DNA of 26,614 bases from a virus (taxonomy: Duplodnaviria; Caudoviricetes), in IMG/VR virus record IMGVR_UViG_3300020045_008993, positions 1 to 26,614 of that record; one strand, 5' to 3'. How positions within the stretch are numbered: position 1 is the first letter of the stretch; each line of letters starts with the position of its first letter. This document shows positions 17,301-26,302 of this stretch, one piece after another. A model generated the notes under the pieces. The model saw only the letters and a program-made list of their open reading frames with translations. It ran no database searches and was not told where the DNA came from. Position numbers and translations under genes: made by a program.

Positions 17301-17948
17301 GGCTAACCCCATGCGCGTAAAGCTATCATTTAGACGCTCAGCGGCTTTAGCGGTATTAACATCCATAATTCCGCTAAACTCTTTCATGGCCTCACTGCCA
17401 CCATTTAAAAGTGGGATCATATCAGCGCCTGATTTGCCAAATAACTGCATTGCAAGTGTTGATTTAGATATACCGTCAGGCATACCTTTGAAGCGATCTG
17501 CTACCTCAAACAAATACTGATCAGACGTTTTTAAATACCCTGATGAATCCTTGAGTTCAATATTAAGGTTTTTAAGAGCATTAGTAGTATCACCGCCTCC
17601 CATTGAAGCAGTTCCTAGCCCTTTATTGAATTTAAGAAGGGATTTTTCAAGAGTTTTAAATTCAACATCGGAGAGTTTCGCCTGAGCTTGCATCGAGTAG
17701 AGTAAATCTACTGATATACCAACTTTTTGATTCAATTTACCGAGTGAATCTGCGAGGTCAAGCGTGTAGGTTACAGAATCTTTAATAGCACTAAATGTAA
17801 AATATCCGGCAATTGCAGTAGCAGCAGTCTTAGCAACATTTTCCATCGTCTTCGTCGATGATTGCATGATCCCTACAGCAGTATCCATCCCCTTTCGGAG
17901 TTGTGCAGTATCAGCGGCAATGATAATATCGAGTGCTCCAAGTGCCAC
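14331..17948 (-). CDS. Tail tape measure protein
   Basis: 1205 aa, Ala/Gly/Ser-rich helical sequence, LFGKSGADMIPLLNGGS motif, position after the tail chaperones. Confidence 0.92.
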   Translation of the reverse strand: MALGALDIIIAADTAQLRKGMDTAVGIMQSSTKTMENVAKTAATAIAGYFTFSAIKDSVTYTLDLADSLGKLNQKVGISVDLLYSMQAQAKLSDVEFKTLEKSLLKFNKGLGTASMGGGDTTNALKNLNIELKDSSGYLKTSDQYLFEVADRFKGMPDGISKSTLAMQLFGKSGADMIPLLNGGSEAMKEFSGIMDVNTAKAAERLNDSFTRMGLAFEGNKTQILTGMLPAIESLSSTMEDFAKWTTANKDNIASFTDRAGTDLTALGLVGSDAFNLISDTSGDMLKIITSVFNEIPNLIGESSNDAINNFGFFEYFILGLSTATNGIGQFVANAKMAYATVAEYQAKYGSVGGLITNGGGRAASARLDYAYAKADADEATKNVVDTYNTLLGLKKQFIAKSNNITTPPPTNSDLVDYKAQASASKAKAKRELAEQEKYAKEIFALDQKNLGERENLWIKKFEDDLKSQKQYKDDIFQLTATDYEKTLKTIEDKSQLYRDGGRTEIEIANFVSLAKGDILEKEWAKYQKEMDDLDTQAKTHTKEFISLSEEISKIDIGGAMSFTPTGDTGIDRFASMLTSMGQINDMYLKQAEIEKQINLERQKIDEDTKLSMGKKIQLNEELNKKQNDLHANSLRNEMASAAHTIALSKNVFKEKSTVYKTLSTIEKALNIASLAMEAQKQIAILMTSATTVTASGIAVAANTTEAVSSAVVGVANQAKGDPYTAFPRIAAMIGLMGAVLAIGGIAFGGGSSASVSAPPPDASMGTVLGSGAYGQSESTTAITDLLSSIHVSEYSQLRDINRAVTSMSQNISSAITNIFRAGTFDTSGVKLITVENGITSSMAKVDSFFSKLSGGNIGFDPITSFANGLLASIGLGGSSKQYIAGSGFGISSGTLGSKQDASTLGAYKYLDVETASKNFWGSASYSHNITNTALDSASSQSIALIYKSFNDTMMSINKGLDANLSSAISGYQFNAISLNLNGLSSDDAIKKLNDTFSALGDTMANDVFGSILDQYQKLGEGMLETAVRVITEKEVLLQDLANVNKTITGDVISITQSLVDLSGGLTKFSDANSSYFDNYFTDAEKSATYQKNLSAVYSSMNLAMPSTVTGFRALVDSLDLNTLSGRETYTSLMNIADAQKTYIDSLKELSKISLANDMLLPKVSSVATNDGTAINNQLLVQVVKTLKSIRDNALYNISNPVGAF

Positions 17949-17957
17949 GCTTCGCCT

Positions 17958-18215
17958 TTATATTGTTGTCATAGCCTTAATGAGTTTTGCTTCCCATCCG
18001 CTATTCTCTTCTTCTTCGTAATCTTTTTCTTTGTACATCATAAAATCGGTAGGGCTTGAATCTGACCCCGCTATGCTTACTGATAAAGAACAAAGTGAAG
18101 CGTGTCTCATATCGTTCATTTTCTCTTCGTTACCAAAGGGTTCAATGGCATAAAATTCAATCCATTGATCAAACTCTTCACTGCTCATTTCACTCTCAAG
18201 TCTTTCAACTGTCAT
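17958..18215 (-). CDS. Tail assembly chaperone, gpT-like part (expressed as a -1 frameshift fusion)
   Basis: MSSEEF..W..FY..EPFG motif; the frame stays open upstream (RRFRFRLALKLG) back to the slippery site. Confidence 0.8.
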   Translation of the reverse strand: MTVERLESEMSSEEFDQWIEFYAIEPFGNEEKMNDMRHASLCSLSVSIAGSDSSPTDFMMYKEKDYEEEENSGWEAKLIKAMTTI

Positions 18216-18229
18216 TCCAAGCTTTAACG

Positions 18230-18625
18230 CTAGACGGAAGCGGAATCTTCTTGTTTCGTCGAGCTTGGATTTAGTACGTTTCCCAATTCATTAAAAATTC
18301 GGTCGATAACTTCCGGTGCTTTTTTGGATAAAATTGTTTCGATCTCTTCATTGTTAAAAAGTCTTACTCCATCTTCATCACACAATGCATAACCCACGGT
18401 ATGGAGTTTAAAATCTGACGCATACTTTTCAGCCTCAACCGTTTTATATGGAACAAAGTCGCCTTTTTTATTATGTTCTCCAAGCATGGAAAATAACGCG
18501 CGTAAATGATCTTGTTCGATTACGCTTGTACTTTTAACGTGAGCGAACCCGCCCCATTCAGGAATCTCTAATTTCCCATACTTTAGGTCTTTTACGCCGC
18601 TAATTGCGTTTTTATCGAGAGCCAT
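18230..18625 (-). CDS. Tail assembly chaperone, gpG-like
   Basis: IPEWGG and LCDEDG.RLF motifs; between tail tube and tape measure. Confidence 0.82.
   Translation of the reverse strand: MALDKNAISGVKDLKYGKLEIPEWGGFAHVKSTSVIEQDHLRALFSMLGEHNKKGDFVPYKTVEAEKYASDFKLHTVGYALCDEDGVRLFNNEEIETILSKKAPEVIDRIFNELGNVLNPSSTKQEDSASV
18278..18284 (-). other. Programmed -1 frameshift slippery heptamer G GGA AAC
   Basis: XXXYYYZ heptamer correctly phased in the gpG-like ORF; a -1 shift reads without a stop into the 17958..18215 frame. Confidence 0.85.
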
Positions 18626-19071
18626 TAGCTTGCCGCCGTTTCTACAGGTGCGCCGCTAAACTGTACTGTAAACTCAAGCATAAGCTGTGCGCCCTTACCT
18701 GACGTGATTGAACGTGCTGAGATATACCCTTGACGGACGATAGTTGTACCTGTTCCAGTTGTCGGAGTGACTTTATTAGGAAGTACGAGTTTAAAGCCTG
18801 TAATGGCACCTGAATCCGCAAGTGTCTTAACGCGTTGTTGACCAGCTCCATTAGTAAAGTTACATTTAAACGAAACTTCTGGTGCATCTCTCAGCGAATC
18901 ATTAATATATTCTTTATACCCAACGCTATCAATACTTGTTACGTCAATTTTTCCCGTCTTATCCCCTAAAATACCAGGAATGTCGATGATCTCTTCGATA
19001 GCGATATATGTTCCTGCGACAATAGTTTCAACGCTGAAAACTGTACCGAGTGAATTTTTTGCAGCTGACAT
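18625..19071 (-). CDS. Major tail (tube) protein
   Basis: IDVTSIDS..YKEYI...L.D pattern and terminal SGAP; GAGGAG RBS; synteny. Confidence 0.82.
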   Translation of the reverse strand: MSAAKNSLGTVFSVETIVAGTYIAIEEIIDIPGILGDKTGKIDVTSIDSVGYKEYINDSLRDAPEVSFKCNFTNGAGQQRVKTLADSGAITGFKLVLPNKVTPTTGTGTTIVRQGYISARSITSGKGAQLMLEFTVQFSGAPVETAAS

Positions 19072-19113
19072 GTGAGGCTCCTCTTTTTTAATAATTTTGT
19101 ATTCTATGCCATC

Positions 19114-19187
19114 AAAAAATCACACCCGTAAAAGATTACGAATTAGTAATCTTTTTGATATAAAACTTTTTTTGATTGCACTTGACT
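19114..19187 (-). promoter_or_regulatory. Late-region regulatory element copy 1 (palindrome AAAAGATTAC-GAATTA-GTAATCTTTT)
   Basis: ~75-bp similarity to 24559-24633; TAGAAT -10-like box at 19101-19106 on the minus strand upstream of the tail tube gene. Confidence 0.65.
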
Positions 19188-19188
19188 T

Positions 19189-19542
19189 TTAAACGGCTCC
19201 GACCACATCATCCGATAGGATGTAATCGAGCAACTGAACATGCAGGAGTGTTTCGGGTTCATAATCTTCCATATGCATGGCTTTATTACCTTTACCGCTC
19301 ATCGCTGTTTTTACCGCTTCGGCGATAATTACCGACTCTTTGTATGTTTTTGCAAACACTTTGATCTGAAACCTCCCCATGTCTAGGCTCTCGGTTCCGT
19401 CCATCGTTCCTGTATCTAAACTGCTGATCCGCTGAAACGTGATATAGGGCAAAACAGTATCCTGTGGTGCCACTAGGGGAAATACCCTTACACTGACTTG
19501 CGGAATGGTTTTTAGAATGTTGAAAAGACCTATTGCAATCAT
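19189..19542 (-). CDS. Tail terminator / completion protein (DUF3168-like)
   Basis: RVFPLVAPQ...PYITFQRIS and RFQI.VFA motifs; synteny. Confidence 0.82.
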   Translation of the reverse strand: MIAIGLFNILKTIPQVSVRVFPLVAPQDTVLPYITFQRISSLDTGTMDGTESLDMGRFQIKVFAKTYKESVIIAEAVKTAMSGKGNKAMHMEDYEPETLLHVQLLDYILSDDVVGAV

Positions 19543-19991
19543 TCGAACCCTCTTTTTCCCTGCGAATTATTAACAATATTTATCCGCATTTCTATTTTTT
19601 CGATGACAGCATCCAAAACCTTATTTTCAGCCTCATCAAACGCTGGGCGAATAAAAGGTTTTGCTGCCATTTGAGAATTACCAAATTCAATCTGTTTCGC
19701 ATAATTAACCTGACGGGGGGCTTTTATTCCAGCTTGTTTAAACTTTTTATTTACCCCAGTTGTTACTTTAAAAATAACTTTCCCTTTTTTATTATAAATC
19801 TGCTTTACTCGGATGGATTTCTTTAATTTTCCCGTTTTTACTGGAGCGTTAGCCCGTATAGCATCACGGATAATAGCGGCACCACTTCGCACAGAAGCCC
19901 TTATAATATTTTTCTCTATTTTTTCAGGAAGAGCATTAAGCGTTTCAATAAGCTCTCGTATCTGTCGTTCTGAAATAATTTCACCACTCAC
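19539..19991 (-). CDS. HK97 gp10-like tail component
   Basis: APVKTGKLKKSI and EFGNSQMAAKPFIRPAFD motifs. Confidence 0.88.
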   Translation of the reverse strand: MSGEIISERQIRELIETLNALPEKIEKNIIRASVRSGAAIIRDAIRANAPVKTGKLKKSIRVKQIYNKKGKVIFKVTTGVNKKFKQAGIKAPRQVNYAKQIEFGNSQMAAKPFIRPAFDEAENKVLDAVIEKIEMRINIVNNSQGKRGFE

Positions 19992-20305
19992 AAGAGTTCT
20001 TTTACCACGATGAACAACTCAACACTTTTTTCATCTTTGTTCTGCACATCGAGGATATCGAACGTCCGAGTACCAAATTTAATCTTATGCTTTCGAGTGA
20101 CCCCTGCTACGAATCGGCATTTGATCTGAGATGTTGCCTCAGCGAAGAGTTGATTGCTCATAAAGCGTTCTCCCCCACTGATCGGTTTTATCTCAGCTCT
20201 AGCATCATCGAAATGCGTTTCACCCTCAGAAGTACCGCCCATCTCATCACGCACGTCACCGATGGTTACAAACTCGATTTTATGGCGCATACTTCCCGAT
20301 CTCAT
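19988..20305 (-). CDS. Head closure protein (SPP1 gp16-like head-tail adaptor)
   Basis: MRSG.MRHKI, D.MGG and I.PISG.E motifs; synteny. Confidence 0.85.
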   Translation of the reverse strand: MRSGSMRHKIEFVTIGDVRDEMGGTSEGETHFDDARAEIKPISGGERFMSNQLFAEATSQIKCRFVAGVTRKHKIKFGTRTFDILDVQNKDEKSVELFIVVKELL

Positions 20306-20877
20306 AGTGATATCACCCGATATTTACTGATTAGATAATCGTTGTAGTTATTTTGGATCGGTGTAACCGATACCCCTACCACAATCTCTTCACGATGCTC
20401 GAACAGTGTTGAGATACGAATCATCATCCATTGCTTAATCGACTTTGGAACCGATTCCGAATCCGTATATCCCGCCGCAAATGTCACGCGAACCGCATTC
20501 ACCATCCAACTAATGGACGGATATGAAGCATCATTGCGACGAATTACTACTCCGGGCTCTACCGTAGTATCCACCATGTATTTTGATGTATCGAGTAGCA
20601 CATAGCTATCCGATCCGTCAGGGATATACTCGATTTTATCCACTGCATGAAGAGGTGGTTTTTTGATCTCAAAACGGTCCGGTAAAATATCCATCGTCAT
20701 TTCATACGTTGCGAGCATAAGCTGACGATTGGTGATCTCTTCCGCCTGCTCCGTTGCGACACCGATCAAAAACAAGATTAGAGTATCATCATCATTACTG
20801 AGGATATTCAAATGCGCTTTTACTTCGATAAGCGTCAGCGGATCAGATATAGGAGCTGTTTTGAGAGCTAATCCCAT
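20302..20877 (-). CDS. Head-tail connector (gp6-like)
   Basis: PLTL.EVKAHL, DDD.LI, AE..T.RQL, VP..IKQ and LFEHRE motifs. Confidence 0.88.
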   Translation of the reverse strand: MGLALKTAPISDPLTLIEVKAHLNILSNDDDTLILFLIGVATEQAEEITNRQLMLATYEMTMDILPDRFEIKKPPLHAVDKIEYIPDGSDSYVLLDTSKYMVDTTVEPGVVIRRNDASYPSISWMVNAVRVTFAAGYTDSESVPKSIKQWMMIRISTLFEHREEIVVGVSVTPIQNNYNDYLISKYRVISL

Positions 20878-20880
20878 CGT

Positions 20881-21324
20881 TTATACCTCAGTTTTATCAG
20901 CGCCGCTTTCGGTACCGCTTTCATTGTTTGGTTTTCCCGCGGGAAAATTTTCATCACCTGACGGATCTTCACCGTTCATCGATTTTTCAACAAACGCTTC
21001 TACCTCTTCATCGGTTAGAATAACTCCCTCAATTTGAGCCTCTTTACGTGCGACCTGACGATATAAATCAATCAGCTCCAGTGTCAAAGATTCTTTTTCA
21101 ATAATGGCCGTTACCTGAGCCTCTTTTTCAGCCTCTACACGATTAGTTTGCTCGATACTGGCTAAAGCCTGTTCATACGCTTTTTTATTTGTCGGAACTG
21201 CTTGCTCCGAATGGATCAGGGAGATAGCTTCTTTAGCGGGAAGATCTATCGTTTCACCTGGGGAATGGCTGCCATCGTCACCGGATCTTCCGGTGAGCAG
21301 TTTTACTTTTAGGATTTCATTCAT
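20881..21324 (-). CDS. Hypothetical virion-region protein
   Basis: N-terminal KVKLL...PGETIDL...EA..LI....AVP domain typical of genes following HK97-like capsids; coiled coil and acidic tail. Confidence 0.7.
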   Translation of the reverse strand: MNEILKVKLLTGRSGDDGSHSPGETIDLPAKEAISLIHSEQAVPTNKKAYEQALASIEQTNRVEAEKEAQVTAIIEKESLTLELIDLYRQVARKEAQIEGVILTDEEVEAFVEKSMNGEDPSGDENFPAGKPNNESGTESGADKTEV

Positions 21325-21334
21325 GATCTACCCT

Positions 21335-22519
21335 TTATACCGCAGCCATTTTAAGAACTTTTACCGCTTCAGGAAGCACTAATTTTCCATCAACACGCTT
21401 ATCGATACGGAATCCGACATGGCCAGTCGTTGCATAAAGCTCATCCATGCGTTTCATCGACATAGATTTACGATCTTTAATGAAGTAGTAACTCATATTA
21501 CCGAATGAAATTGGCGTTGCAGAAGCGGCAATATCTGGCATATTTTTATTTAGTACAATAGGACGGCCAAGCAATGTTGATGGAGCACCATTAAGCCCTT
21601 TGTTGACAAGATAGTCCCCGTTACTGTCTTTAAGCTTCATAAGTTTTACAAGAGTATTGCGATTCATTTTCCATGTAGCATCTGCTGCAAAATCTTCATC
21701 CAATGACCCCCATACATCGATAATTTCATCCGCAGTAAACGCAGTAGCAGAAGCAGCCGTTTTACCGATCTGAGCATTAACGAGGAATCCAGTAGGTTTC
21801 CCGATACCATCACCACTGACAAATGCTAACTCTTCCGCTTTAGTCGTAGATTTTGTGAACTTCATAGCAATGTAAGATTCGATACTTGAGAAACTGTCTT
21901 GTAGTAACTCTTCGGTTACTTTGATAATACGACCTGTTTTGTATGCCTTCATGATTACTTGGCCGATGGTAGGATCAGACTCAGGATATGCACCGGTTTC
22001 ATCGATCCATCCATTGGCCCCATCATCACCCTCTACCGGAATGTTTTCAGTTGAAGTTGAAATACTAACCGTTGCAAGAGCGCGCATAGGAGATTTTTCG
22101 CCAAGCTTTGAGATGATCGTTGTTGCAAATGTTTCAGGCACTAAATAACCGCCTTTGTCTGCTGTTCCTTCATTGAGCGCACGCGTTTCAGTTTCACTAA
22201 GCGGCTTACGGCTTTGACCTTTCCAAAACGCTGCACGATAGGCTTCACCCTTGTCATCACTTGATGCTTGAATACCAGATGGGTTCCCACCAACCAAAGG
22301 AGCACGTTGCTCAGATCCTAAATACAACTCACGTTTTTCCGCTTTTTCAGCGCGAGAAACTGCGGCTGTAATTTGTACTTGTGTTTCGTCAAAACTTTTA
22401 TCAAGGTCATCATATTCTTTTGCCTGAGCTTCACTCAACCCATTTGGGTTGGTAGCCAACATTGAGCGCATTTTACCGTCGAGTTCTGCCAAAAAGGCAC
22501 GTAATTGTGTAAGATTCAT
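21335..22519 (-). CDS. Major capsid protein, HK97 family
   Basis: N-terminal coiled-coil delta domain, GGYLVPE, GDG.GKPTG and TLLGRP motifs. Confidence 0.95.
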   Translation of the reverse strand: MNLTQLRAFLAELDGKMRSMLATNPNGLSEAQAKEYDDLDKSFDETQVQITAAVSRAEKAEKRELYLGSEQRAPLVGGNPSGIQASSDDKGEAYRAAFWKGQSRKPLSETETRALNEGTADKGGYLVPETFATTIISKLGEKSPMRALATVSISTSTENIPVEGDDGANGWIDETGAYPESDPTIGQVIMKAYKTGRIIKVTEELLQDSFSSIESYIAMKFTKSTTKAEELAFVSGDGIGKPTGFLVNAQIGKTAASATAFTADEIIDVWGSLDEDFAADATWKMNRNTLVKLMKLKDSNGDYLVNKGLNGAPSTLLGRPIVLNKNMPDIAASATPISFGNMSYYFIKDRKSMSMKRMDELYATTGHVGFRIDKRVDGKLVLPEAVKVLKMAAV

Positions 22520-23154
22520 AGGATATTCCCCTTTATTTTTAGATTTAATTTTCTACGGAGTACATCCGTATTTAAAAGCGTTTCCGCTTCACCGCGTTTT
22601 CCACCGAATGAACGCCCGATAGTCGCCCCCCGATCAAATCCCTTCCAAACCGCAGAGAGTTCGACAATCGTGTAATCAATTACGAGGACATGTGTCGGTT
22701 CTCCTTGGCGTGAAGTGATGATTACGTCGTTGACGATATAGCCGATGCTGACATCTGTAAGTACTCGGTCTTGGTATTTTTGAAAAACCTTTAGAGCATC
22801 TTCGTCACTTCCGAAATAAACGTCTGATTTTGCTTCACCGTCTTCAATGCGCTTATTATCGATTCGACCGATTGCATTATCTACACTTGGGCAATGATCT
22901 TTAAAAAATGTATTAAGTTCATCGAGATTTGCTCCGTTAACGTCGAGCTCTTCAATGTAAACTTCATCTTCCCACCAGTCATAGCGCTCTCCAGCGTTAT
23001 TTTTACTAATGAGGATAAACGGGATCATCCGATTCTCTAAGTCAATTTGCACAGGGTCAGACTTTACTCTATGACAAACACCTAGCCCGCATGAACGGTG
23101 AACTACACCGATATCGTTCATACGAGCAATGATTTCTTTTTTACTTCGTGGCAT
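22516..23154 (-). CDS. Prohead protease (HK97 family)
   Basis: Start MPRSKKE at 23154 with GGAGG RBS; His (KDH), VSIGY and ELSAV motifs; between portal and capsid. Confidence 0.85.
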   Translation of the reverse strand: MPRSKKEIIARMNDIGVVHRSCGLGVCHRVKSDPVQIDLENRMIPFILISKNNAGERYDWWEDEVYIEELDVNGANLDELNTFFKDHCPSVDNAIGRIDNKRIEDGEAKSDVYFGSDEDALKVFQKYQDRVLTDVSIGYIVNDVIITSRQGEPTHVLVIDYTIVELSAVWKGFDRGATIGRSFGGKRGEAETLLNTDVLRRKLNLKIKGNIL

Positions 23155-24358
23155 TTTCGCCCTCCTTTGCCATGTTGAGTGGATACAGCGGATCATCAAG
23201 CCCGTCGATAGGGTTCATATCCTCCATCTCACGCGCCTCATTTCGAACCAGCCACCCGTCTTTTATCGCCATTCCGTAAGCGGTATAACGGGAGGTAGTA
23301 TCTCCGCGTAGTAGCGCTGCGAGATTGAATTTCACGTAGTAATTGCTTTTTTCGCTATCGGACAAAAGCTTACGTCTGCTCTCTTGCTCGATATTGACTG
23401 CCCAAGGACGGATAGCATCAGTGACGAACTGGATAGATTGGTGCTCGATATTCCCAAAAGTAGCAGAAGTCATTTCGTTAATCATGTGCGGAGGGATACG
23501 ATACATAGAAGCGATATCCGCTTTGGTAAACTTTCGGCTCTCCAAATACTGACCATCACGATTGGAAATAGTTATTGGAGTAAATTTAAACCCATCTTCG
23601 AGAATCAGCGGTTTACCCGCGTTCATCAATCCTTGATAATTCTCTTTAAAACTTTGTTTAAACCGCTCGAACGCAGTATCACTCATAGACTTTACACCCT
23701 CGCCCGATACTACTCCGCTGGGAGTAGCACCGTTTTTGAAAAGCGTACCTCCGAATTCTTCCATGGCTATCGACATACCAATCGTGTGACGGTTGTACTC
23801 GATCGGGCTCATTCCAACAATTCCGTTCATCGTCATACCTAAAAAATGGAGAACTTCGCTAGGATAAAGCGGTACTTGTCCGTAAGTATCTGATTGATAC
23901 ATATAGCGAAGCTCTTTGTTTTCAAGACGAACTATTTGCATTTTGTCAGGATCGAGCGGATAGATTCCTGTTACCTTGCCGGCATTGTTTCGTATGATCT
24001 GAGAGAAGTGGTTCCCACGAAGTGCCAAGTTGACCATCACAACAACACGCCAGGTATATGATGTCATTTCATTGTTTGGCTCATCGTGTAAAATCGTGTA
24101 TAGTGGGTGCTCAAATGCTTTATTATTAAGTTGTTTGTCTTTTTTTACCTCTCGTTTATACACTGAAAGAGGTAGAGAGGCAATTGATTGGGAAAGTATA
24201 TTTACACAGTCATAAACTGCTGTGTGCTGAATTGCGCGTTCACTTGTTACATTTACGCCTGACGTAGTGATATTCCCACCAAACATATCCAAAAGCCAAC
24301 GCTTTGGTGATGATAACGTCGATGTTTCACGATGAGAAAATGCTCTTATTAGGTTCAT
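23141..24358 (-). CDS. Portal protein, HK97 family
   Basis: IASLPL, LHDEPN..MT, F.NGATPSG, IPPHM and NEAREME motifs. Confidence 0.95.
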   Translation of the reverse strand: MNLIRAFSHRETSTLSSPKRWLLDMFGGNITTSGVNVTSERAIQHTAVYDCVNILSQSIASLPLSVYKREVKKDKQLNNKAFEHPLYTILHDEPNNEMTSYTWRVVVMVNLALRGNHFSQIIRNNAGKVTGIYPLDPDKMQIVRLENKELRYMYQSDTYGQVPLYPSEVLHFLGMTMNGIVGMSPIEYNRHTIGMSIAMEEFGGTLFKNGATPSGVVSGEGVKSMSDTAFERFKQSFKENYQGLMNAGKPLILEDGFKFTPITISNRDGQYLESRKFTKADIASMYRIPPHMINEMTSATFGNIEHQSIQFVTDAIRPWAVNIEQESRRKLLSDSEKSNYYVKFNLAALLRGDTTSRYTAYGMAIKDGWLVRNEAREMEDMNPIDGLDDPLYPLNMAKEGENATK

Positions 24359-24540
24359 TTATTGACCTCATAGAATGAGTCAAATACTTGCCATAAAATT
24401 AAAATAGAGTGTAAAATCCATGCTATACCAAATACTATTGATGCGCTTAAGCCTGATACGAGATATATCCCAAAGGCAAACCCCATAATGAGAATAAGCA
24501 ATAAGAGATAAACAAATATGATTACTGTGACTTTTTCCAT
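24355..24540 (-). CDS. Small 2-TM membrane protein between terminase and portal
   Basis: 61 aa, hydrophobic, ATGA-coupled to portal; no RBS seen. Confidence 0.65.
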   Translation of the reverse strand: MEKVTVIIFVYLLLLILIMGFAFGIYLVSGLSASIVFGIAWILHSILILWQVFDSFYEVNK

Positions 24541-24558
24541 ATCGCCATTTAAACACGA

Positions 24559-24633
24559 AAAAAATCACCCCCTCAAAAAGATTACTAATTCGTAATATTT
24601 TTAGTGTAAAAGTTTTTTTAATTCCTCTTGACT
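24559..24633 (-). promoter_or_regulatory. Late-region regulatory element copy 2 (AAAAGATTAC-TAATTC-GTAATATTTT)
   Basis: Homologous to 19114-19187; TGtTTAAAT extended -10-like box at 24547-24555 on the minus strand. Confidence 0.65.
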
Positions 24634-26302
24634 ATAAGCTTCTAAGACCTCTCTCTTCATACACACTCACCACTGGAGGCTCGAACGTAATGGATCGGGC
24701 ATATGTGTTAATCACGGCAGCACATCCGTCAATTTTACGTGTTTGGTGCGATTTATCGGGCTTTATGTTTCCGCTCGCATCGGTGAGGACGGTGAGATTA
24801 GATACCATCCAGTTCATTACAGGATTTCCATCATGGGTTACCGTTCCTTTTTTAATATCGTCTTTGAAGTTAGACGTAGGCTCAGATATAGTTAAAAAAC
24901 CCTGCCGAATCTGCACGCATCCCTCAAAACCAGTATTTTTTTCGATATTTGATACCAAAGTGGCCGCACGATAGGGGTCATAACATATTTCATTGACTCC
25001 ATATTGTTCAATATCATTGATAATATCGCGCTCGATGTAGTCCAAATCGATAGTATTACCGGGTGTTGCTGTGATAAATCCTTGTAAAATCCACGTTGTA
25101 AGCGGTGCTCTTAACTCTCTTTCACGCTCTTTTACCGTGTCAGCAGGGATATAAAAGTGCGTTTTGATGTGCTTTTTACCATTTGGTAGGAGATACGTCT
25201 TTGCTTTTGCGGTAAAGTCATCTGTTCGGCTAAGGTCAACGCCCAAAAGTATCCCATATGCTTCGCTCACATCGGTATCAGGTGCGGCACACTCTTTCCA
25301 TTTGGCAAATGGGATGAAGTTCTCAACTGCATTAACCCATCGGTTCAGCTCTTTTACTAGAAAGTTATTTAGCGCACTCGGTCGCTCTTTGGCACTATTT
25401 GCCATATTCCGCATATGATCATACGTCTTTGATATTCCGAGATTCGGGTTTGCTTTGTACCATACTGACTCATCGAACGGATCATCATCTTTATCCAGCT
25501 CCGCGATAAACGCAAAATACCCATCATCCTCAATCACACCATCCATCACCTTTTTTGCGTACTCATATTCATCGTATCCTGGAGATGCAAGATTGAACCC
25601 TGCAGTCGTGATATAGAACATCATCGGCTGAACCCTCGCCCCTTGAGACGATTGCACTACCTCGATGAGTGATCGATCAGGGTGAGCGTGGATCTCGTCC
25701 CCTATTCCAAGTCCAACGTTTAACCCGTCCTCTGTTTTACTATCGCGACCAAGCGGTTTAATCGTTGTTTTAGTAGGGTTCATTCTTATTGTGTTGTAGG
25801 CTATTTTAGTCTGCTTATCTAGTTGTCTATCGTATTGAACCATTTTCTCACATCCGCTCCATACGATTTTTGCTTGTTCCCTTTTTGTCGCGAAAGCAAC
25901 AATCTGATTTCCTTTTTCGACTGTTAGTATAGATTCAGCGAGGGCGACACCCGATGCTAAGATAGACTTCCCATTCTTTCTAGGCACAAACCAAAAAGCA
26001 GTTCTAAATCTTCTCACCCACTGTATTTTACCTTTATGCAAAAGTGGCTTTCCATCTGCTCCAGTTCTTTTTCTCATCCAACCGAAACAAATTGCAATAG
26101 CTTTTCGTTGCCATTTTTCTAAAACTATTTTTTGCCCTGCAAGTTCTCCCTCAAAGTGACAAAGTTGCTGAATTTCCTCGACATATCGATAGCCTATGTT
26201 TATGTCAAATTTAATATCATCGCGCTTTCCTGTTTCGACATCTTTTAAATCTTTTTTATGTCTTATATATGTTTTTTCATAATAAGGAAGATTCAAAATC
26301 AT
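24632..26302 (-). CDS. terL: Terminase large subunit
   Basis: Walker A PRKNGKS, Walker B DEIH, ITTAG, nuclease GVDLS and KIDG motifs; ATG at 26302 is ATGA-coupled to terS. Confidence 0.95.
   Translation of the reverse strand: MILNLPYYEKTYIRHKKDLKDVETGKRDDIKFDINIGYRYVEEIQQLCHFEGELAGQKIVLEKWQRKAIAICFGWMRKRTGADGKPLLHKGKIQWVRRFRTAFWFVPRKNGKSILASGVALAESILTVEKGNQIVAFATKREQAKIVWSGCEKMVQYDRQLDKQTKIAYNTIRMNPTKTTIKPLGRDSKTEDGLNVGLGIGDEIHAHPDRSLIEVVQSSQGARVQPMMFYITTAGFNLASPGYDEYEYAKKVMDGVIEDDGYFAFIAELDKDDDPFDESVWYKANPNLGISKTYDHMRNMANSAKERPSALNNFLVKELNRWVNAVENFIPFAKWKECAAPDTDVSEAYGILLGVDLSRTDDFTAKAKTYLLPNGKKHIKTHFYIPADTVKERERELRAPLTTWILQGFITATPGNTIDLDYIERDIINDIEQYGVNEICYDPYRAATLVSNIEKNTGFEGCVQIRQGFLTISEPTSNFKDDIKKGTVTHDGNPVMNWMVSNLTVLTDASGNIKPDKSHQTRKIDGCAAVINTYARSITFEPPVVSVYEERGLRSL

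Noticed and set aside
12880-17948. Second DGR variable repeat in other tail genes
   Set aside because: No further TR-like sequence seen by eye in this window; remote targets elsewhere in the genome are not excluded.
24380-24568. Alternative-frame ORF between terL and portal
   Set aside because: Starts inside the repeated regulatory element; 24355..24540 is coupled to portal and has a coherent TM profile.
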